Assembly (NCBI GenBank): GCA_964595675.1
Contig: CAZQRR010000001.1
Span: forward strand, 3,724 to 67,723
Source of the DNA: an uncultured Rubrivirga sp.
GTDB lineage: Bacteria; Actinomycetota; Actinomycetes; S36-B12
Direction of reading: 5' to 3'
DNA length: 64,000 nt
The translations under genes were made by a program, and so were the position numbers. Numbering within the stretch: the stretch's first letter is position 1; every line of letters starts with the position of its first letter. Positions 49,617 to 56,239 of this stretch are shown in pieces. The notes beneath the pieces were generated by a model, which worked only from the letters and a program-made list of their open reading frames with translations, was not told the origin of the DNA and did no database searches.

Positions 49617-51122
49617 TCAAGCAACCCCGGCCCAATCGGTTTCCGCGGCGACCCGTAGCGCCTGGGCACCGATGGTCAACGCCGGATTTTGCGCTCCGCT
49701 GGAGGGGAAGAACGACGAATCCACCACGAACAGGTTCGCAACATCATGGCTTCGACACCATGGATCCAACACGCTCACCTGCGGATCGACTCCCGCCACG
49801 ACCGTCCCGCACATGTGCGAATTGAGCGCTATGTCGAAACGTTGCTCGGCGATACCGATGTAGCCCGCCTGACGCAGCAGTTTCTTGGCACGCGAGAGCA
49901 GCATCTCGTGACGGTCGTAGTTGGTGCGACGCCAGGAAATCTGGATGCGGCCATCGCGACCCACGCTCACCCGGTTATGCGGACTCGGTAGGTCTTCACT
50001 CATTACCAACCACTCCATACTGCGGTCGGCGATGCGATTCAAGACATGGAGCGGGACTCCAGTGGCATGGGTCTTCATCATCGAGCCTTGGACTTTGCCG
50101 ATCAGTTGGATAGTCCCTCCGGGAAAGCCATCCCCCATGTCCCGGTAGAAGTCGTTGATCGCCACTGTCTTTTGGAAGACCACATCGTTTTTCCGGCGTG
50201 GATCGATGGCAGCGATGTGCGTGTTGTTGTGCACCATGTAGTTGCGGCCGACCAGTCCCGTTCGATTGGCCAGACCCGCAGGATGGTCATCGCTTGCAGA
50301 CCGCAGAAGTAGCGCGGCGCTGTTGGCAGCTCCTGCGGAGATGACGAAAGCCCCACCGGTCACTCGGAATGGCTCCCCCTGCCGATCCCCCTCGACGGCA
50401 ACCACGCGATCACGGTCGGCGACCACCTTGGTCACCTTCATATGCGTAAGCACGCGCACATACCCGGTCGCCACGGCCGGGTCGATGCCGCAGGTCTGTG
50501 CATCCGACTTCGCACCCAGCCGGCAGGGGAAGCCGTCGCATGTGCCGCAGCGGATGCACGCTCCACCGGGCCGGAGATCCACTCCCATCGCGGTGCTCGA
50601 CGGGTGAACTCCTTGCGCTTCGAGCCTGCGGACTGTTTCGGCGACATACGGCTCGTGCTGTAGCGCAGGGAACGGGAAGGGAGCGCTGCGCCACGGCTCG
50701 GACGGATCCTCACCCGTTGTGCCGTGGACCTTGAACAATTTTTCGATCTGTCCGTAGTACGGCTCGAGGTCGGCATACCTGAACGGCCACGCCGGACTCA
50801 CTCCCGACGGATACTCGGTGCGCTCGAAATCGTCCTCACGCAGCCTGGGCAAACTCGAGCCGTAGACCTTGGTGTTGCCACCCACCACGTAGTGCACGCC
50901 GGGAGCGAACTCACGGCCGTCGTCATCGACCCACATCTCATCGGGCTTGTAGCGGCGTTGAACGAATACGGCTTCCGGTGACCAGTTCTGCCGTTCCCGC
51001 GGCAAGTAATCACCGCGCTCGAGGACGAGTACATCGACGCCCCGCTGGGCGAGGCCCCAAGCAAGCGTGCCACCGCCCATGCCGGAACCGACGATCACAA
51101 CCGTGGCGGAATCATCGATCAT
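49617..51122 (-). CDS. GMC-family FAD-dependent oxidoreductase
   Basis: GxGxxG (VVIVGSGMGGGTLA) and a C-terminal GMC region. The 610-aa ORF is trimmed to ATG 51120-51122. Confidence 0.85.
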   Translation of the reverse strand: MIDDSATVVIVGSGMGGGTLAWGLAQRGVDVLVLERGDYLPRERQNWSPEAVFVQRRYKPDEMWVDDDGREFAPGVHYVVGGNTKVYGSSLPRLREDDFERTEYPSGVSPAWPFRYADLEPYYGQIEKLFKVHGTTGEDPSEPWRSAPFPFPALQHEPYVAETVRRLEAQGVHPSSTAMGVDLRPGGACIRCGTCDGFPCRLGAKSDAQTCGIDPAVATGYVRVLTHMKVTKVVADRDRVVAVEGDRQGEPFRVTGGAFVISAGAANSAALLLRSASDDHPAGLANRTGLVGRNYMVHNNTHIAAIDPRRKNDVVFQKTVAINDFYRDMGDGFPGGTIQLIGKVQGSMMKTHATGVPLHVLNRIADRSMEWLVMSEDLPSPHNRVSVGRDGRIQISWRRTNYDRHEMLLSRAKKLLRQAGYIGIAEQRFDIALNSHMCGTVVAGVDPQVSVLDPWCRSHDVANLFVVDSSFFPSSGAQNPALTIGAQALRVAAETDWAGVA

Positions 51123-51135
51123 GGCAAGAGCCGAT

Positions 51136-51792
51136 TCATGACAACAGCCGTTCCACGACCGCCACGAGATCAGCACCGATGACGTCCGGCTCGCCGAAAT
51201 TCGCGTCGAAGATTCCTTCGAGCCGTGATACCCACGCGGTCTGCAATCCCGCCGCGGCAGCTCCACCGATATCCCACGAATGCACGGCAACCATGCAGAC
51301 CTCGCTCGCGTCGAATCCCAGCACGCGGCATGCATGCAGGTACGGCTCAGGTGCGGGCTTCCAGCGTCGCACCTCCTCGCACGACAGGTGGGTGTCCACG
51401 AGTTCCGCCAGCCCCGAGCGCTCGAACAACCGCGCGACGTACGCCGCATTGCCCACGCTCAACGTGACCATCGGGATCCCATTGTCCTGCAATCGTCGTA
51501 AGGCTGGCTCAACCTCCGGATACGGCTCCAAGGCGGCGAATGCCTCGATCAGTGCATCCGTCTCCTCCGCACCCATCCGTTCAGGATCCATGCCCCGAAG
51601 AGCTCCACGGGCCACCTCCGGGAAGCCTCGGTATTCCCCCGCGCACGTCAGCGCGAACCCGGTGCGCAGAACCCGCGCGAACCACAGGTCCCGCCGCCCA
51701 GGTAAACCCCACCGATCGAATAGCGGGTCAAGCACCCGCAGGGAGAAGAGCGTCTCGTTGACGTCCAGAACGATCGCCCGCGGCCTACCCAC
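51136..51792 (-). CDS. HAD-superfamily hydrolase (type II haloacid dehalogenase-like)
   Basis: Motif I LDVNETLF. 218 aa from GTG 51790-51792; the ORF's ATG at 51831 is an alternative start. Confidence 0.75.
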   Translation of the reverse strand: MGRPRAIVLDVNETLFSLRVLDPLFDRWGLPGRRDLWFARVLRTGFALTCAGEYRGFPEVARGALRGMDPERMGAEETDALIEAFAALEPYPEVEPALRRLQDNGIPMVTLSVGNAAYVARLFERSGLAELVDTHLSCEEVRRWKPAPEPYLHACRVLGFDASEVCMVAVHSWDIGGAAAAGLQTAWVSRLEGIFDANFGEPDVIGADLVAVVERLLS

Positions 51793-51833
51793 GGGAACGA
51801 GCGTAGGAGTTCCAACTAGCGCACAATGCACCT

Positions 51834-52325
51834 ATGGCCGATTCCGCATCTTCGATCTACGACCTCTCTTTCACCTCGAACACCGGTGAGGAGGTACCCC
51901 TCAAGCAGTTCGAGGGCAAGCCCCTGCTCATTGTCAACACCGCCAGCAAGTGCGGCTTCACCCCGCAGTACAAAGGTCTGCAGGAGATCTACGACCAACT
52001 CGGGCCCGACGTCGTGGTCATCGGCTTCCCGTGCGATCAGTTCGCCCATCAAGAACCAGGCGACGACGAACAAATCAAGGAATTCTGCGAGATCAATTAC
52101 GGCGTGACGTTCCCGCTCTCGACGAAGGTCGACGTCAACGGCTCCAAGACCCATCCCGTCTTCGCTTTCTTGAAAGACCGCGCGGGCGGGCTACTTGGTT
52201 CGACCATCAAGTGGAACTTCACCAAATTCCTGGTCGGCCCCGACGGCACCACAGTCAAGCGCTACGCACCCAAAACCGATCCTCAGATGGTGCGGATGGA
52301 CGCGGAGGAAATGCTCGGACGTTGA
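51834..52325 (+). CDS. Glutathione peroxidase family protein
   Basis: NTASKCGFT, FPCDQF, WNFTKFLV motifs; 163 aa. Confidence 0.92.
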   Translation: MADSASSIYDLSFTSNTGEEVPLKQFEGKPLLIVNTASKCGFTPQYKGLQEIYDQLGPDVVVIGFPCDQFAHQEPGDDEQIKEFCEINYGVTFPLSTKVDVNGSKTHPVFAFLKDRAGGLLGSTIKWNFTKFLVGPDGTTVKRYAPKTDPQMVRMDAEEMLGR

Positions 52326-52334
52326 AGTGGAAAG

Positions 52335-52372
52335 CAGAAGGGCCCCAGGGGAAGCTCCCTGAGGCCCTTCTG
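52335..52372 (+). terminator. Strong hairpin downstream of the peroxidase gene
   Basis: CAGAAGGGCC (52335-52344) pairs with GGCCCTTCTG (52363-52372), with an inner CAGGG/CCCTG stem. The U tract is weak. Confidence 0.55.
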
Positions 52373-52497
52373 TTGGTAGCGGGGCGAAACAGGCAGGGCG
52401 CGACCATCGAGTTCCGTGCCCACCGAGATCCCCTCACGAACCCGCACGCCTGCACCCCCTCCTGCACTCCCCAGAGGCGCAGAACCTGCACCCCCCT
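52373..52497. repeat. Dispersed repeat copy A (tRNA-fMet 3'-end-like core plus ~110-nt arm)
   Basis: TTGGTAGCGGGG matches the tRNA-fMet 3' end. The following ~110 nt are about 85% identical by eye to 54322-54433. Three TGCAC(C/T)CC motifs at 52451, 52463 and 52487. Confidence 0.8.
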
Positions 52498-52519
52498 CGT
52501 CATCAATTGAGGCGGCCGG

Positions 52520-53359
52520 CTATTTCACGATCCTCGCTACCGCGCGATCGTAGAGACCATCTCCCCCGAAGCGGCGCAGCCTCCACATGGGCTTGGCGAG
52601 GTAGCCGGCCATGTAGCGGGACTTTGGCTTGCTGCTGGATATCGCCGTGAGGATGGTGTCCGCGATGAGGGATGGTGGTGAGGCCCGTCGGACGAAGTCG
52701 GGGTCGGAGAGCGTGCGCGTCACCTTGTCGGTCAGGTCCTGGTAGGGACTGTTCGCAGCGCTGGACGGCAGGTGGCTGGTGTGCTGGGCAAGGACGTCGC
52801 TGAACTCCGTCGCGATGCCGCCCGGCTCGATAATGACGACGTCGATACCGAGGGGCTTGAGCTCGACGCGCAGACAGTCAGACCAGCCCTCGAGTGCATG
52901 CTTTGTTGCGTGGTACCAAGCACCCAGCGGGGTGTAAATGCGTCCACCCATCGAGGAAATGTTCACGATCGTGCCCGCCTTCTGAGCACGCATGTGCGGG
53001 ATGACGAGTTGGGTGAGTCGAGCGAGGCCGAAGATGTTGACCTCGAACTGGTAGCGGGCGGCGTCGATGGACACCTCCTCCACCGGGCCGTATTGCGCAA
53101 AGCCGGCGTTGTTCACCAGGACATCAAGGCGTCCCTGTTCACCGATGATGCGCGTGACCGCAGCGGACACCTGACCCTCGTCGGTGATGTCCATCTCCAC
53201 GGGGATCACCCCGGGCAACTCGGTGATGCGATCGACACGCCGGGCCGCCCCGTACACGACGTATCCGGCTGACACGAGCCTGCTGGCCGTCGCGGCTCCG
53301 ATGCCGCTTGACGCACCCGTCACAAGCACAACCTGAGAAGCCATGGCTTTTCCCCTCAT
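52520..53359 (-). CDS. Short-chain dehydrogenase/reductase
   Basis: VLVTGASSGIGAATA, NNAG and YHATKHA motifs. The start may be ATG 53347. Confidence 0.9.
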   Translation of the reverse strand: MRGKAMASQVVLVTGASSGIGAATASRLVSAGYVVYGAARRVDRITELPGVIPVEMDITDEGQVSAAVTRIIGEQGRLDVLVNNAGFAQYGPVEEVSIDAARYQFEVNIFGLARLTQLVIPHMRAQKAGTIVNISSMGGRIYTPLGAWYHATKHALEGWSDCLRVELKPLGIDVVIIEPGGIATEFSDVLAQHTSHLPSSAANSPYQDLTDKVTRTLSDPDFVRRASPPSLIADTILTAISSSKPKSRYMAGYLAKPMWRLRRFGGDGLYDRAVARIVK

Positions 53360-53388
53360 GAATGAACACTACGATACCGTAGCGTATC

Positions 53389-54024
53389 ATGCAGACTGTG
53401 GCAGGGGACTCAACGCACGGTCGCGATACTGGGGCCGTGCCCGAACTCGGCGCGGACCCTGACCCGCGCGTCCTGCGATCGATCGACGCCGTCCAGGCGG
53501 CCGCGCTCAAGCTCTTCGTCGACGGAGGGCCCCGCGCGGTCACCGTGGATGCGGTGAGCGACACCTCCGGCGTGGCCAAGACGACGATCTACCGGCACTG
53601 GACCGACCGAGCGCACCTGCTGGCTGATACCTACCGCGCCTGTCTGCCGATCGTCGCCGAGCCACCCGTATCACTCGACCCCGAGCAGGCATTGCGTTTC
53701 GTCGTTCGCGAGCTCGTCACCGGCCTCGGAACTCCGCCCGCTCGACCCGCGCTCCCCCACCTCATCGCCACTCCGCTTGATGCAGTGGAATCCCTAGCTC
53801 TCCCCGAAGGCATCCTCGACCAGACCTTCGCTCCCGTCGTCGCCGCGATCACGTCTTGCGCTCAAGCCGGCCTCATTCCCGTTGATGCAGACATCCTCGA
53901 GGCCAAGCATGAGATCGTCGGCTTCGTCATCATGTCCGCCCTCGACCCGGACTGCCCGATGAGCAACGCTCTCGCCGACCGCATTGTCAACCTCTTCATC
54001 GCCGGCCGACGTAGCGCGTCCTAG
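53389..54024 (+). CDS. TetR-family transcriptional regulator
   Basis: HTH region TVDAVSDTSGVAKTTIYRHWTDR. Divergent from the SDR gene across about 30 nt that contain overlapping palindromes (CTACGATACCGTAGCGTATC). Confidence 0.85.
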   Translation: MQTVAGDSTHGRDTGAVPELGADPDPRVLRSIDAVQAAALKLFVDGGPRAVTVDAVSDTSGVAKTTIYRHWTDRAHLLADTYRACLPIVAEPPVSLDPEQALRFVVRELVTGLGTPPARPALPHLIATPLDAVESLALPEGILDQTFAPVVAAITSCAQAGLIPVDADILEAKHEIVGFVIMSALDPDCPMSNALADRIVNLFIAGRRSAS

Positions 54025-54252
54025 CTCCGCAGGCGAGTTGCACTTCGCACTTTCGGCTTTCACTCGGTTTGTTCACACATCGGCGCCTGAACCGTATGCC
54101 TCGATGCCTGGGTTTAGCTGACATGAGATTTCGTGCCCAAGCAGGCATCGCCACGAGAATGCGAGGCACCGGTCCAGTGCCCCCGTTGACAGGGCGTGAC
54201 CCGAGTCAGCGCTTCAGGTCTCCGCGGCAGAGGACCTCCGCCTACGACCAAG

Positions 54253-54433
54253 AGTCCCTGATTTCTCAGGGGCCTTCAGCCGTGACATTCAAATAGTTGC
54301 ACCTTCACATTGATAGCGGGGCGAAACTGACAGGGCGCGACCACCGGGTTGCGTGCACACCGAGATCCCCTCAGGAACCCGCACTCGTGCACCCCTTCTG
54401 CACCCCCCGGGGGAGCACAGCTTGCACCCACCC
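54253..54433. repeat. Dispersed repeat copy B (left arm like the tRNA-fMet trailer, core, right arm like copy A)
   Basis: 54253-54303 is about 75-80% identical by eye to 56066-56117. The core TTCACATTGATAGCGGGG (54304-54321) matches 56118-56135 at 17 of 18 positions. 54322-54433 matches copy A. Confidence 0.8.
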
Positions 54434-54503
54434 TGTCAACATTCGCCACGATCACGCGCCGATGACGGCAGGCAGTCAGACGGTGCCTCTCGTCGGCGTT
54501 ACC

Positions 54504-55238
54504 TCAGCCGATAATCCAGGCTGACTGCGCAGAGTTGTAACTAAGTGTGCGCGAGCAGACGGCACCACCGGTCCCGCCGTTCGGCCATTGCGCCCACGAC
54601 TCACCCCAGCCTCCGCTGCCAACACCAGCCCAGTTGAGCACTGCAGGAGCTGCGGCAGCGCAGGTGCCAGATACTGGCTTCCCAAACTGCTGATGGATCG
54701 GCTGAGGGCCGGAGGACGGGGAATCAGAGGACGATCCACCACCACCACCAGAGGATGGCGAAGACGCTGTCAACGTCGTGAGTAAGGCTCCCCTGGAGAC
54801 GCCGACGTATTCGTAGATTCGAATCGCCGTCACATCACTGCCCAGTGCGCTCGTGGTAGTGCCACTTCCAACCGCGGCGAATCCGACGTTGACTTCGACG
54901 GAGTTTCGCACGACGACAACCTGAATGCCCATGGGGGATGGGCAGCTATTGGTCACAGACAGGGTGTCGGACGACGAGGTCCACGTAACTGGTGAGGCAG
55001 AAGTCCACGAGCCACTGGTTGCGGTGACGCTTGCAGTTGGGGTTGAGGAATTGCAGGCGGAGACGTCGATGCCCGTGGGTGTGGTCGCCGCAACTACTGG
55101 ACTCGCTCCGAGAACAGCCAACGATCCCAACGCTGCGCTCGCGCAAACGCCCACGACGATCCGTTGCACGTTCCTGCGAATCGCTGGCTGATGAGAAGTC
55201 GTAGCCTTGATCGTCCACAGTGCATTCATGCGGTTCAC
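54504..55238 (-). CDS. Secreted protein, unknown function (Ser/Thr-rich, Gly/Ser linker, Cys/Trp-rich C-terminal module)
   Basis: N-terminal basic region and hydrophobic helix ending ASPVVA-AT. Linker SSGGGGGSSSDSPSS. C-terminal module GTC...LNWAGVGSGGWGESWAQWPNGGTGGAVCSRTL. Confidence 0.6.
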   Translation of the reverse strand: MNRMNALWTIKATTSHQPAIRRNVQRIVVGVCASAALGSLAVLGASPVVAATTPTGIDVSACNSSTPTASVTATSGSWTSASPVTWTSSSDTLSVTNSCPSPMGIQVVVVRNSVEVNVGFAAVGSGTTTSALGSDVTAIRIYEYVGVSRGALLTTLTASSPSSGGGGGSSSDSPSSGPQPIHQQFGKPVSGTCAAAAPAVLNWAGVGSGGWGESWAQWPNGGTGGAVCSRTLSYNSAQSAWIIG

Positions 55239-55356
55239 TCCCTCGTCATCTGCAACCCGTCACTGAAACCTAGGCACCTACCTCCTATTTGTCAACGACG
55301 ATAACTATTTCGCTACTGGGCCGGGCTCCAGGCGCACCGGCGGATATCGTCAATCC

Positions 55357-55980
55357 ATGCCCGCCGGTCGTCCGCCCGCCCATTCCCGTGCGGAATTCGT
55401 GCAGGCCGCAATCCGCATAGCCGATGAACAGGGCCTCGATGCTCTCTCGATGCGGAAGCTCGCTGACGATCGCGGGGTTACGAGCGCAGCGATCTACCGC
55501 TACTTCGAGAGCAAGGCCGATCTTGTCGCTGCTGTTCGAGAGTCCCTGATGATCGAGCTGCTCCAGAACCTTCCGGCCGACGGTCCGCGTGAGCGCCTGT
55601 TCGCGCTTGGCCAGGCCTTTCGGGCCCAGACACGAGCACACCCTTGCCTCGCCGAGTTCAGCACGCTTCCTGCGACAGAGGGAGAGATGAGTGGCGCGAT
55701 TCCCGCGTTCATCCTGCAGCAGTTGCGTCTCATCGGACTCGAGGGTGCAACGCTGATCCGAGGCTTCCGCCAACTCGAGAGCTTTGTCGTGGGCTCGAGC
55801 ATGTTCGACTTCGCTGATGCGCCTCGCCACCTCAGCGATCGACTCGCTCGCGTAAGACGGTCAGACGATCCCACTGTCAATGCCTTGCTGACGTCCGAGT
55901 CTGACATCGACGCCGACAACGAGGCCGCCTTCATCACATCCTTCAACTGGATCCTCGACCGCCTCATCGCGGAGGCATGA
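55357..55980 (+). CDS. TetR-family transcriptional regulator
   Basis: HTH region SMRKLADDRGVTSAAIYRYFESK; 207 aa. Confidence 0.85.
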   Translation: MPAGRPPAHSRAEFVQAAIRIADEQGLDALSMRKLADDRGVTSAAIYRYFESKADLVAAVRESLMIELLQNLPADGPRERLFALGQAFRAQTRAHPCLAEFSTLPATEGEMSGAIPAFILQQLRLIGLEGATLIRGFRQLESFVVGSSMFDFADAPRHLSDRLARVRRSDDPTVNALLTSESDIDADNEAAFITSFNWILDRLIAEA

Positions 55981-56065
55981 GAGCCGCCGAGTAGATCTGC
56001 GCCCAGCGGGAAGTGCGAGGCCGTGACGTTCAGCGGCCACGCGTCGTGGCACCCGAAAAGGCGAT

Positions 56066-56091
56066 GAGGCCCCTGATCTGTCAGGGGCCTC
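56066..56091. terminator. 11-bp-stem hairpin between the TetR gene and tRNA-fMet
   Basis: GAGGCCCCTGA-TCTG-TCAGGGGCCTC. It could terminate either converging transcript. Confidence 0.6.
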
Positions 56092-56124
56092 ATCGTGACG
56101 TCCACGCTAGTTGAACGTTCACAT

Positions 56125-56201
56125 TGGTAGCGGGGGCAGGATTTGAACCTGCGACCTCTGGGTTATGAGCCCAGCGAGCTACCGAGCTGCTCCACCCCGC
56201 G
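56125..56201 (-). tRNA. Initiator tRNA-Met (CAT)
   Basis: Reverse complement: CGCGGGGTGGAGCAGCTCGGTAGCTCGCTGGGCTCATAACCCAGAGGTCGCAGGTTCAAATCCTGCCCCCGCTACCA. Full cloverleaf, C1:U72 mismatch, three G:C pairs closing the anticodon stem, encoded CCA. Confidence 0.95.
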
Positions 56202-56239
56202 CCGCTTCTTGCGAAGTTTGCCCAGGATACGCCACCGGG

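Noticed and set aside
52373-52497. Repeat copies A and B (also 54311-54433) as possible tRNA genes or pseudogenes on the minus strand
   Set aside because: They share the ...GCCCCGCTA(C/T)CA end with tRNA-fMet. However, I could not fold a T arm, anticodon arm or full acceptor stem. I therefore treat them as att-like or repeat sequences rather than tRNAs.
54069-54296. 75-aa plus-strand ORF between the TetR gene and repeat copy B
   Set aside because: No RBS, Arg/Ser/Pro-rich, and it runs into the repeat left arm. Not convincing.
55500-56105. 201-aa minus-strand ORF
   Set aside because: Antisense to the TetR gene whose HTH motif is clear. It also runs into the terminator hairpin.
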